64,000 bases of DNA from Oscillospiraceae bacterium (GTDB lineage Bacteria > Bacillota > Clostridia > Oscillospirales > Oscillospiraceae), in the NCBI GenBank assembly GCA_045599385.1, contig JAZRVW010000037.1, positions 53 to 64,052 on the forward strand, in the 5' to 3' direction. Shown here piece by piece: positions 19,429 through 28,053 of this stretch (its first letter is position 1; each line of letters starts with the position of its first letter). The notes under the pieces were generated by a model. The model did not search any database. It saw nothing but the letters and a program-made list of their open reading frames with translations, and was not told the origin of the DNA. Both the position numbers and the translations under genes were made by a program.

Positions 19429-21672
19429 TCAACCTCCGTTTCGGTTGACCTCGCTGACGCCGCTTATGGACGACAGCTTGTTCATAACCGTTCTGAGCTC
19501 GTCGATGTTCCTGATTTCCAGACCTATATTCACAATGGAGCGTCCGCCCTCAACATCTCTTGCATTGAGGGAGCGTACCTTTGCGTTCAGGGAATTGAGC
19601 GCTGTGGCAATGTCCATGACAAGACCGCTGCGTTCATGGGATACAACCAGAATGCTGGTTGTATAAATCTCGCTTGTGTGCTCTGCCCAGCCCACTTCAA
19701 TCCAGCGTCCCAGGTCTTCGGGATTGTCATTGCGTCTGAGGTAATTCTCGCATTCCCTGCGATGAATGGAAACGCCCTGACCTCTGGTTATATAGCCGAT
19801 TATATCGTCACCCGGTACGGGCGTGCAGCATCGGGAGAATTTAATAAGGCAGTTGTCAAGTCCCTCCACCAGTATTCCATGTACGGGACGGAGATTTTTC
19901 TTTGCCTGGGTTTCTCTGCGCTCCGCCGCCTCCGTAACCTTTTCAAGAACTGTTTTCTTGTCTGCGGAGTGGTGAATACGCGCCAGCTCGTCCTTCATGC
20001 GATTTACGGTACGGGTTGCGGTCATGCCGCCGTAACCGATTGCCGCATACATCTCCTCAAGGGAGGGGCAGGCGATTTTCTTCAGCAGTATGGGCAGAAC
20101 TTCCTCGTCGTTCACGTCCTCAGGACTCAGACCGCGGTTTTTCAGCTCAGCCTCAAATATTTCACGTCCGCGGGTTATATTCTCCTCGCGGCGTTCCTTC
20201 TTGAACCACTGCTTGATTTTTGTGCGGGCGGAGCCGCTTTTTGCAATGTTCAGCCAGTCACGACTGGGGCCCGGTGCATTTTTGGCTGTGCGCACCTCAA
20301 CAATGTCGCCGTTCTGCAGGACATGGTCAAAGGTCACTATTCTGCCGTTTACCGACGCGCCCACCATGCTGTTGCCGACAGCGGAGTGAATGCTGTAGGC
20401 AAAGTCAATGGGGGTTGCGCCTGCGGGCAGATTTATTACGTCGCCTTTGGGTGAGAAAACGAATACCTCATCGGCGAACATATCGATTTTCAGATTGTGG
20501 AAAAAGTCGGTTGCATCGGATTCCTGCTGGCTTTCGAGGAGCCTGCGAACCCATGCGAATTTGTCCTCGTCGCCCGTCTTTATTGCGCTGTCGCCCATCT
20601 TGTATTTCCAGTGGGCAGCAATGCCGTATTCGGCGGTATGGTGCATGCTCCAGGTTCTTATCTGCACCTCAAAGGGAATACCCTCGGAGCCGATTACCGT
20701 TGTATGCACGCTCTGATACATATTGGGCTTAGGTGTGGAAATATAATCCTTGAATCTGCCCGGCACGGGTTTAAACATATCGTGAATAATACCCAGCACA
20801 TTGTAGCAATCGGGCATGGTGTCAACGATTACGCGGAAAGCGCAGAGGTCAAAAATTCCGTTTATGTCCAGCTTCTGCGCATACATCTTTCTGTAGATGC
20901 TGTATATGTGCTTTATGCGGCTGTAGATCGTTACCTGCAGACCTTCCTCGGTCAGACGGGTTTTGATTTTCTCCTCCATCTTGGCCATAAAGTCCACAAG
21001 CGTGTCCATGCGTGAATCGAGAGTATCCGTAATTTCCTTATAGCCTGCGGGGTCAAGATACATGAGCGCAAGGTCCTCAAGCTCCCATTTTGCTCTCTGC
21101 ATACCGAGGCGATGGGCAATGGGTGCGTAGATTTCCATGGTTTCAAGGGATTTTGAGCGCTGCTTTTCCTCAGTCTGATAGGCCATTGTGCGCATATTGT
21201 GCAGACGGTCGGCAATCTTGATGAGGATAACGCGGATATCCTTCGCCATTGCCATGAGCATCTTACGCAGGTTTTCCATCTGCTCGTCTTCCTTGCTGGT
21301 GTACTGCACACGTGTAAGCTTGGTAACGCCCTCGACGATATCCGCAACGGGCTCACCGAACTGTCGGGCTATGTCCGCATAGCCAAGCTCGGTGTCCTCA
21401 ATAACATCGTGAAGCAATGCCGCAACTATGGAGTCCTCGTCAAGTCCCATGTCAACGGAGATGTCGGCTGCCGCCACGCAATGAGTCACATAGGGTGAGC
21501 CGTCACGGCGCAGCTGTCCCGAATGGGCAAGGCAGGCGGTATCATAGGCAGCACGTATTCTGCCCATGTCCATGTCAACGCCGCTGTTCTTTATTTTGTT
21601 TTCAAGGCTTGCGTACATCACATCGGGGTCTTTGATGCCGCACTCCTCAACGTTTGCTCTGTTGTCGTCCAT
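19429..21672 (-). CDS. relA: bifunctional (p)ppGpp synthetase/hydrolase
   Basis: HD hydrolase motif (HDVIEDT), RelA/SpoT synthetase region (GRFKDYI), and TGS and ACT C-terminal domains. Confidence 0.94.
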   Translation of the reverse strand: MDDNRANVEECGIKDPDVMYASLENKIKNSGVDMDMGRIRAAYDTACLAHSGQLRRDGSPYVTHCVAAADISVDMGLDEDSIVAALLHDVIEDTELGYADIARQFGEPVADIVEGVTKLTRVQYTSKEDEQMENLRKMLMAMAKDIRVILIKIADRLHNMRTMAYQTEEKQRSKSLETMEIYAPIAHRLGMQRAKWELEDLALMYLDPAGYKEITDTLDSRMDTLVDFMAKMEEKIKTRLTEEGLQVTIYSRIKHIYSIYRKMYAQKLDINGIFDLCAFRVIVDTMPDCYNVLGIIHDMFKPVPGRFKDYISTPKPNMYQSVHTTVIGSEGIPFEVQIRTWSMHHTAEYGIAAHWKYKMGDSAIKTGDEDKFAWVRRLLESQQESDATDFFHNLKIDMFADEVFVFSPKGDVINLPAGATPIDFAYSIHSAVGNSMVGASVNGRIVTFDHVLQNGDIVEVRTAKNAPGPSRDWLNIAKSGSARTKIKQWFKKERREENITRGREIFEAELKNRGLSPEDVNDEEVLPILLKKIACPSLEEMYAAIGYGGMTATRTVNRMKDELARIHHSADKKTVLEKVTEAAERRETQAKKNLRPVHGILVEGLDNCLIKFSRCCTPVPGDDIIGYITRGQGVSIHRRECENYLRRNDNPEDLGRWIEVGWAEHTSEIYTTSILVVSHERSGLVMDIATALNSLNAKVRSLNARDVEGGRSIVNIGLEIRNIDELRTVMNKLSSISGVSEVNRNGG

Positions 21673-21675
21673 AGC

Positions 21676-23688
21676 TTAGTTTCTTGCCTTCAGTTTTTTT
21701 ATTAGCTCAGAATCCTCAAGATTTACCTTTGGAGAATTTGCAATCATTTCAGCGCCGAAAATGCTGTCCCGCTCAGGCGCTCTCAGCAGTCTGAGCTCAC
21801 GCAGCGCGAGAAGGCACAGGCAGAATTTTTCGGGTTCTACCCCTGCGGGACACTGGCGCATAAGCCCCTCAAGGTCTTCCGCAACCTTTCCGCCCTCGGA
21901 CTCAAGACGCCGCCACACTCTGACAAAGCTCGGACGGTCGGGGCAATAGACCGCCGCTTCATCATAGGGAATTTCCCCGCACAGCATGGTGCTGCACAGC
22001 GCCTTCGCGTTGTGGCGCTTCATCGCCACAATCTGAAGCTGAACGCTGCTGCGGAAGCGAAATTCGTTAATCTGCGGAGTAAAGGCAATATCAACGCAGT
22101 CGCCCTCTGATACGCCAAGCTCCGCTTCCGTGTGTGAGAAGTACACGCATTCGAAATACTGTCCTCTGTAGCTTATATTCATACGCAGATGGCGGCCTCC
22201 GCCGATGGAGGAAAGCTTTTCAAGGCGCGCTCCGTTTATGCAGAGAACCGGTCTCGGATTTCCGCTGCCGAAGGGCTCCATGAGATTCAGCGCCTCAACA
22301 CCCTCCATGCTGAGCAGCGACGGGTCGGTTATGCTCAGGTCGCAGTTGAGTGTGGGCAGCTCTTCCGTACGGTTTTCTCTGTAATATTCCGCAAATGCGC
22401 GGCAGAAGCCGTCAATCTTATCCCTGCGGATATTAAGTCCCGCGGCAAGCGCGTGACCGCCGAAGCCTTCAAGATGGTCAGAGCAGGCAGACAGCGCGTC
22501 AAATATATTGAAACCGCCGTAGCTTCGGCATGAGCCCTTGCCCTTTTCGCCGTCAATGCAAATCATAATTGTTGGCATTGCGTACTGCTCCGCAAGCTTT
22601 GACGCCGCGATGCCGATAACGCCCTGATGCCACTTGTCACTCGAAAGCACAATGGGTGCGTCCTTATCGCAGTTTTCCATCATAACGCAGGCGTCCTGCC
22701 AGATTCCCGTTTCAAGTGCCTGGCGGCGACGGTTGAGCTCACACAGCTCTGCCGCAAGCTCGGCCGCTTCTTTTTCGTCCCGGGTCATGAGCAGACGGCA
22801 GGCCACGGAAACACAGCCGAGGCGTCCGGCCGCATTCAGTCGCGGTGCAAGGCTGAAGCCTATTGTCGAGGAGGAAATCTTTCTGTCCGCAACACCGGAT
22901 TCACGCAGAAGCGCGGCAATGCCGGGGCGCGTCGCAGTTTCGATTTTTTCAAGTCCGGTACGGACAATATATCTGTTTTCGCCCACAAGCGGAACAACGT
23001 CTGCAACGGTGCCTATTGCCGCAATATCGGCATAGCGCTCAATTGCCATCGTGCTTTCACCCTCAACGGCGCACACAAGCTTAAGCGCAACGCCTACGCC
23101 TGCAAGGTCCTTGTTGGGATATGCGCAGGAATCCTGCTTCGGATCAATTACTGCGGCAGCAACCGGGAGAGTCTGCTCACGACATTCATGGTGGTCGGTG
23201 ATGATGAGGTCAACACCGATTTCGGCGGCATAGTCCGCCTCTTCAGCCGCGGTAATACCGCAGTCAACGCTGATAATAAGGCTAACGCCCTTTTTCTTCA
23301 GCGCAAGAATGGCGTCCTTGTTAAGACCGTAGCCCTCTTCAATTCGGTCGGGAATGTAGGGAAAGCAGGTCAGTCCCTTTGAGCGCAGCCAGTCGGTGAG
23401 AAGGCAGGTTGATGTAATACCGTCAACGTCATAGTCGCCGTAAACGGCAACGGCTTCCACGGCTTCTACTGCCCTTTTTATTCTCTCAACCGCCTGAGGC
23501 ATACCCTTCATGAGCATAGGATTCTCAAGCGTTTCCGCGCCTCCCTTAAGGAAGCTCTCCGCTGCGGCAGGCTCAGAAATGCCTCGGATTTTCAGCAGTG
23601 CGGCAAGCAGGGGCTTATAGCCCGCAGCAAGCAGCGCCGCCGGAATTTCCGTCGCCGCATTTGCGATTTTCCATTTACTGTAATTCAT
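21676..23688 (-). CDS. recJ: single-stranded-DNA-specific exonuclease RecJ
   Basis: DHH motifs (DYDVDGITS, ITDHHE) and DHHA1 motif GGHALAAG. ATG 23688 chosen; TTG 23694 is equally open. Confidence 0.9.
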   Translation of the reverse strand: MNYSKWKIANAATEIPAALLAAGYKPLLAALLKIRGISEPAAAESFLKGGAETLENPMLMKGMPQAVERIKRAVEAVEAVAVYGDYDVDGITSTCLLTDWLRSKGLTCFPYIPDRIEEGYGLNKDAILALKKKGVSLIISVDCGITAAEEADYAAEIGVDLIITDHHECREQTLPVAAAVIDPKQDSCAYPNKDLAGVGVALKLVCAVEGESTMAIERYADIAAIGTVADVVPLVGENRYIVRTGLEKIETATRPGIAALLRESGVADRKISSSTIGFSLAPRLNAAGRLGCVSVACRLLMTRDEKEAAELAAELCELNRRRQALETGIWQDACVMMENCDKDAPIVLSSDKWHQGVIGIAASKLAEQYAMPTIMICIDGEKGKGSCRSYGGFNIFDALSACSDHLEGFGGHALAAGLNIRRDKIDGFCRAFAEYYRENRTEELPTLNCDLSITDPSLLSMEGVEALNLMEPFGSGNPRPVLCINGARLEKLSSIGGGRHLRMNISYRGQYFECVYFSHTEAELGVSEGDCVDIAFTPQINEFRFRSSVQLQIVAMKRHNAKALCSTMLCGEIPYDEAAVYCPDRPSFVRVWRRLESEGGKVAEDLEGLMRQCPAGVEPEKFCLCLLALRELRLLRAPERDSIFGAEMIANSPKVNLEDSELIKKLKARN

Positions 23689-23780
23689 ATACAAACACTA
23701 CTTTATTTTAATTTATTATTAAAATATTGTATCAAATATTATCGCATTGTGCAAGTGTCCGAAGGGCATTTCCGTAATTA

Positions 23781-23809
23781 TTGACAATCTTAACGCGTAA
23801 TGATAAAAT
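23781..23809 (+). promoter_or_regulatory. tRNA-Leu promoter
   Basis: TTGACA-17 nt-TAAAAT, ending 11 nt before the tRNA 5' end. Confidence 0.6.
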
Positions 23810-23820
23810 GCTAGAAGCGT

Positions 23821-23906
23821 GCCGGTGTGGTGGAATGGTAGACACGGCGGACTTAAAATCCTCTGGGGGCTTCTCCGTACCGGTTCGAGTCCGGTCACCG
23901 GCACCA
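23821..23906 (+). tRNA. tRNA-Leu (anticodon UAA), CCA encoded
   Basis: Acceptor GCCGGTG/CACCGGC, anticodon loop CTTAAAA, long variable arm, T-loop GGTTCGAGTCC and a 3' ACCA. Confidence 0.88.
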
Positions 23907-23911
23907 AAAAT

Positions 23912-23941
23912 AAGGACAGCCAAAAGGCTGTCCTTATTTTT
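23912..23941 (+). terminator. tRNA-Leu terminator
   Basis: AAGGACAGCCaaaaGGCTGTCCTT stem followed by ATTTTT. Confidence 0.8.
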
Positions 23942-23942
23942 G

Positions 23943-24026
23943 GTGCGCACTTCGTGCGCCTTTTATCCGCTTCGCTCAATTTGTTCGAGAGGGGATAACC
24001 AATCCCCTCTCGTGCTCTCCCCATGC
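23943..24026 (+). repeat. tRNA-trailing structured repeat, copy 1 (full, short loop)
   Basis: GTGCGCACttcGTGCGC hairpin, ATCCGCTTCGCTCAATTT, GAGAGGGG-8 nt-CCCCTCTC hairpin, GTGCTCTCCCCATGC. Shares 18-nt and 24-nt identical blocks with 33846..34041. Confidence 0.75.
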
Positions 24027-24090
24027 TGAATTCAGCATGGGCGCATTTGATTAATCATTTGGTACAGCTATAAAATAGTGCTCTCTTTTT

Positions 24091-24140
24091 CGTGCGCACT
24101 TCGTGCGCCTTTTATCCGCTTCTCACACTATCCCCATGCG
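24091..24140 (+). repeat. tRNA-trailing structured repeat, copy 2 (internally deleted)
   Basis: CGTGCGCACTTCGTGCGCCTTTTATCCGCTTC is identical to copy 1. The central hairpin is replaced by TCACACTA, then TCCCCATGCG follows. Confidence 0.7.
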
Positions 24141-24236
24141 CAACGAACTTCCGCCTCGCAAAATATACCGAAAGCTGTAGCTCTTTTACGTTCTCCATCG
24201 TATATTAAGATGTAAGAACTAATGGAGGTATCAAAA

Positions 24237-24419
24237 ATGAAAAACAGAGAAAACTACGAAAGCCCGAGCAGTAAGATGTCGGAATTAAGCGAGGATAAGC
24301 TGAGCCTGGTCTTCGGCGGCACCGAAGACCATAGCATTCTTCCCGGTGGGAGTGAATTTTGGCACTCATGGAACCCGAACTTTGTTGTGCCCGAACAAAA
24401 TTTACCTTGTTGGCAATAA
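24237..24419 (+). CDS. candidate double-glycine-leader peptide precursor (60 aa)
   Basis: GGAGG SD 8 nt before the ATG. The leader MSELSEDKLSLVFGG fits the L(-12)S(-11)..L(-7)..V(-4)..G(-2)G(-1) consensus. The 32-aa Trp-rich core is TEDHSILPGGSEFWHSWNPNFVVPEQNLPCWQ. A dedicated terminator lies downstream. Confidence 0.55.
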   Translation: MKNRENYESPSSKMSELSEDKLSLVFGGTEDHSILPGGSEFWHSWNPNFVVPEQNLPCWQ

Positions 24420-24537
24420 TAAACTTCCCATGAAAGCTAAGGAAGAACTCAGCAATCTCTCAAGCTCTTCTCATGCTTTCCTGATTTAACCTGATATTAG
24501 CGATTTTGAAGACGATTGGTGATAGCAGAACAAATAT

Positions 24538-24569
24538 AAAAAGAGTGCGGGTACACCCGCACTCTTTTT
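24538..24569 (+). terminator. rho-independent terminator of the peptide gene
   Basis: AGAGTGCGGGtacaCCCGCACTCT stem followed by TTTT. Confidence 0.8.
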
Positions 24570-24633
24570 ATATGGTAATAATCAGATATTTGTTGTATAA
24601 TACATATAACTAACATCACCTAAGGAGAACTCC

Positions 24634-25794
24634 GTGAAAGCAGTCAAACGAATCATCGCGCTTGCCGCGGCCGCACTATTGCTGGCTTTTGCTTTTAATA
24701 TCGGTTCTGTTCGTGATTACGTGCTTGATGCCGGTTCCTCCGTTTTGCGCAGCATCGGTATTTCCACCCCCGGCGACCGTCCTTCGCAGGAAGAGGTCAT
24801 GGCAAAAATCACAGAACAGATAAAAGCCTACCGCACAACCGTTAAGCTTGAAAACATTGATTCCGACACGGCTGTCACTGCCTTTAAAGCCGTTTTCAAG
24901 GAGCACCCCGAATTTTTCTGGATTGGTGGCGGATACACCTGTACCCAACGCACCGCTGCCGACGGAAGCTGCAAAACAGAGCTTGCGCTCTCATTAAATT
25001 TTGACGCCGAAAGTATTCCAGAAATGGATTCCCGATTCCGCGAGGCCGTCAGCGCCGTTACATCTCAGGTCAGCGCAGGCAGCTCGGATTATGAAAAAGC
25101 TCTTTTCGCCCATGACTACATCATTGACAACTGCGATTATGATTTTGAGCTGAGCGGCAGCATTTCCGCAGGCGCTGAGGAGTTTGACCGTTCAGGCATC
25201 ACCGCCTACGGCTGCCTTATAAATCACCTTGCCGTATGCTCGGGCTACACAGCCGCATTTCAGGTGCTTATGAATGAGCTCGGTGTTGAAGGCGGACGCA
25301 CCGAGGGTGTTGCGGGAAACGACGGCACAATCAACAACCACGTCTGGAATTACATCACCCTTGACGGTGAAAACTATTATATTGATGTCACCTGGGACGA
25401 CCTGGGCTTTGACGGTGCGCCTGCTCCCGCAGGGAATCAGCTTTCCCACAGATACTTCTGCGTTACGGGCAGCGAGCTTTACAAAAGCCACAGTCTCGAT
25501 GAGGGTGAATCCGACGCAGGCTGCGTGGCAACAAAATATAATTACCATATATACAACAAATATTACCTCAGCGCATACGATTTCGACTCCGTCAGCGAGC
25601 TTATCGACGCTCAGTTCGGAAGCGGCATCATGGAGGTAAAGTTTTCCTCATCAGGAGAATTGCAGCAAGCCTGCAGCGATTTATTCGAAAGCAACCGCGT
25701 ATTCAGCATTCCTTCTATAAGGTCAGGCGGCTACCGTTCCGTATGGCACAGCGAATGCGAGGACTGCTGCGTTCTCACACTATGGGTTGAATAG
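24634..25794 (+). CDS. secreted/anchored transglutaminase-like (papain-fold) domain protein
   Basis: N-terminal signal anchor and a Cys-His-Asp transglutaminase core (LAVCSGYTAAF, NHVWNYI, YIDVTWDD). GTG start behind AAGGAG. Confidence 0.8.
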   Translation: MKAVKRIIALAAAALLLAFAFNIGSVRDYVLDAGSSVLRSIGISTPGDRPSQEEVMAKITEQIKAYRTTVKLENIDSDTAVTAFKAVFKEHPEFFWIGGGYTCTQRTAADGSCKTELALSLNFDAESIPEMDSRFREAVSAVTSQVSAGSSDYEKALFAHDYIIDNCDYDFELSGSISAGAEEFDRSGITAYGCLINHLAVCSGYTAAFQVLMNELGVEGGRTEGVAGNDGTINNHVWNYITLDGENYYIDVTWDDLGFDGAPAPAGNQLSHRYFCVTGSELYKSHSLDEGESDAGCVATKYNYHIYNKYYLSAYDFDSVSELIDAQFGSGIMEVKFSSSGELQQACSDLFESNRVFSIPSIRSGGYRSVWHSECEDCCVLTLWVE

Positions 25795-25803
25795 TACATT
25801 TCA

Positions 25804-25835
25804 AACCTGCATACTGATTAGTATGCAGGTTTTTA
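25804..25835 (+). terminator. rho-independent terminator
   Basis: AACCTGCATACTgattAGTATGCAGGTT stem followed by TTT. Confidence 0.8.
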
Positions 25836-26112
25836 TTATGATAATTATTTATCAATCCGTTAACTGTCTTCACACCGCATTGTGCAGAAACAGCCATGTT
25901 TTTTACTTTCAGCAGACCGATAAGTGAGCCTTTAGTCCGAGTTTTATGCTTAAACCCCGTTCCGACAAAATTGCCCGTATAAGTTTTTGTAAAGACATTA
26001 ATCGTCCGTGTTAATGCTGAGTTAATTTCACGGGCTATCTATTGTATTCTTAATTTTTACTATTAAAATGTAATCACAAAAACGCTTCGGCGTAATAAAA
26101 GGAGAGAAAACT

Positions 26113-27567
26113 ATGGAAACTAAACGTGAGGGTTTTGGCTCCAACTTTGGTTTTATCATGGCCGCTGTAGGTTCCGCAGTAGGTCTTGGTAACATCTGGG
26201 GCTTCCCCTACAAAATGGGCAACAACGGCGGCTTCGCCTTCCTGCTCGTTTACCTCTGCCTCGCAATCTTCGTCGGTCTCGCAGTTATGGTCGGCGAGCT
26301 GGCAATCGGTCGTAAGACCGGCAAGAGCCCCATTGCAGCATACCGCGCAATGAGCAAGAAGTTCACCTGGATGGGCTACATAGCAGTTGCAGTTCCCTTC
26401 CTCGTTCTCTGCTTCTACTTCGTCCTCGGCGGTATGGTCATGCGTTTCGCAGGCGGCTACCTGCTGTCCATGTTCGGTGCAAGCACCGAAACTGCATGGA
26501 ACGTTGCAAGCACCGCTGACTTCTACGGAATGTTCCGTAACAACGGCATGAGCATGGTCATCTGGACCGCAGTTTTCATTGCACTGAACGCATTCATCGT
26601 ATCCCGCGGCGTTGGCGGCGGCATCGAAAAGTTCTGCAACATCGGTATGCCCTGTCTCTTCGTTATCCTCATCGTCTGCATCGTTTACGTTGCATTCCAG
26701 CCCGGTGCAGTTGAAGGCTACAAGTTCATGTTCGGCTTCAATGTTGATCCTCTTAAGGACAACTTCATCGGTGTTCTGAAGACCGCTGCAGGTCAGATGT
26801 TCTTCTCCCTGTCTCTCGGCATGGGCGCTATCATCACTTACGGTTCTTACCTTGCAAAGGGTGAGAAGCTCCAGAAGAACGCAGTCATCATCGTTATCAT
26901 GGATACCATGGTAGCAATCATGGCAGGTATGATCGTACTTCCCGGCTGCGCAGCATTCGGCATCGACTACGGCAGCGGCCCCAGCCTCCTCTTCGCTTCC
27001 ATGCAGGCTGTATTTACCAAAATGGGCGGCTTCATCGGCAACCTCATGGGCTTCCTGTTCTACTTCCTCGTCTTCATCGCAGCAATCTCCTCCTCCATGT
27101 CCCTGCTCGAGGCTATTACCGCTGCACGTGTTGACGCAAACGTGGAAAAGGGCAAGGCTCCCAAGCGCGCAAAGACCGCAATCATCTTTGCACTCATTAT
27201 CTTCTTCTTCTGCCTGCCCACCGCACTTGACGGTATCGGCATGAGCCAGGCAAACGGCGCAACCATCAACACTCCCGCTGACATCGTCGGCATCGTTCCC
27301 GATGCAGACGGTCATATCCCCATGTGGTCTGACTGCTGGCTTGACTTCTATGACCTGCTGTCTGAAGGTATTCTGATGCCTCTCGGTGCAATGATCATGG
27401 CATTCGCAATCGGCTGGATTTGGAAGATTGACGTTGTCATCGAAGAGGCTGAACAGTGCGGCAACAAGTTCTGGGGCAAGGGCTTCTTCAACCTGTGCTA
27501 CAAGTTCATCACTCCTATCGGCATGGCATTCGTTCTGTACGGTCAGATAGTTGACTTCTTTGTCTGA
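26113..27567 (+). CDS. sodium-dependent transporter, SNF (neurotransmitter:sodium symporter) family
   Basis: N-terminal signature GFIMAAVGSAVGLGNIWGFPY, about 12 TM segments. AAAGGAGAG SD present. Confidence 0.9.
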   Translation: METKREGFGSNFGFIMAAVGSAVGLGNIWGFPYKMGNNGGFAFLLVYLCLAIFVGLAVMVGELAIGRKTGKSPIAAYRAMSKKFTWMGYIAVAVPFLVLCFYFVLGGMVMRFAGGYLLSMFGASTETAWNVASTADFYGMFRNNGMSMVIWTAVFIALNAFIVSRGVGGGIEKFCNIGMPCLFVILIVCIVYVAFQPGAVEGYKFMFGFNVDPLKDNFIGVLKTAAGQMFFSLSLGMGAIITYGSYLAKGEKLQKNAVIIVIMDTMVAIMAGMIVLPGCAAFGIDYGSGPSLLFASMQAVFTKMGGFIGNLMGFLFYFLVFIAAISSSMSLLEAITAARVDANVEKGKAPKRAKTAIIFALIIFFFCLPTALDGIGMSQANGATINTPADIVGIVPDADGHIPMWSDCWLDFYDLLSEGILMPLGAMIMAFAIGWIWKIDVVIEEAEQCGNKFWGKGFFNLCYKFITPIGMAFVLYGQIVDFFV

Positions 27568-27588
27568 TACCCGATATGAAATTTAAAA

Positions 27589-27617
27589 ACAGACCTGCTT
27601 CGGCAGGTCTGTTTTTT
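27589..27617 (+). terminator. rho-independent terminator
   Basis: ACAGACCTGCttcgGCAGGTCTGT stem followed by TTTTT. Confidence 0.85.
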
Positions 27618-27704
27618 ATCATGTTAACATAATTTTAAACTTCAGCAAATTATGTTTTAAATATGTACTATAATAATTTATTTTAGTTATTTAATTATTT
27701 TTTA

Positions 27705-27733
27705 TTGACAACGTGTTTCTAAAATGTTACTAT
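27705..27733 (+). promoter_or_regulatory. promoter of a 37-aa small ORF
   Basis: TTGACA-17 nt-TACTAT with an upstream TGn, in an AT-rich spacer. Confidence 0.5.
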
Positions 27734-27779
27734 AATGGTGGAAATAGTCAAAAACACATTTTTTTAGGAGGAAATATCC

Positions 27780-27893
27780 ATGGAACTTATCACCAGCATT
27801 TATGCACTTTTCCGCTATATCATTATTACTTACGAACCCGACTCCGCTGACGAATTTGCTGCACTCGATGCACTTGTCGGCTACAAAGGCTAA
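27780..27893 (+). CDS. small ORF (37 aa), unknown function
   Basis: TAGGAGG SD 8 nt before the ATG. Product is MELITSIYALFRYIIITYEPDSADEFAALDALVGYKG. It has its own promoter and terminator. It is below the 60-aa track cutoff. Confidence 0.45.
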   Translation: MELITSIYALFRYIIITYEPDSADEFAALDALVGYKG

Positions 27894-27908
27894 GAGCTGA
27901 AAAACACT

Positions 27909-27940
27909 AAAACAGACCTGCATTTTGCGGGTCTGTTTTT
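27909..27940 (+). terminator. rho-independent terminator
   Basis: CAGACCTGCatttGCGGGTCTG stem followed by TTTTT. Confidence 0.75.
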
Positions 27941-28053
27941 ATTTGCTTAAAATCTGATATTAATGTATAAATTTCTTAACACCATGTTAACGTCTTAATA
28001 TGTTATACTTGTATCGCATTAAGGCGGAATTTGACTGTTTCGGGTGAAATACT

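Noticed and set aside
23719-24029. Track ORFs overlapping tRNA-Leu and the trailing repeats (23719..24024 minus, 23732..23950 minus, 23781..24029 plus).
   Set aside because: They read through a tRNA gene, its terminator and palindromic repeats, and they have no SD. They are artefacts of repeat sequence.
24426-24488. 19-aa ORF MKAKEELSNLSSSSHAFLI just after the GG-leader peptide gene.
   Set aside because: It has no SD, is very short, and lies upstream of the terminator in the 3' UTR. It is most likely a chance ORF.
23907-25800. Integrated prophage or genomic island at tRNA-Leu.
   Set aside because: No integrase, no phage or conjugation genes, and no duplicate of the tRNA-Leu 3' end were found in the window. 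Only repeats, a peptide gene and one exported protein are present.
27702-27923. 73-aa minus-strand ORF.
   Set aside because: It has no SD or promoter. The plus strand has a 37-aa ORF with a promoter, SD and terminator that better explain the locus.
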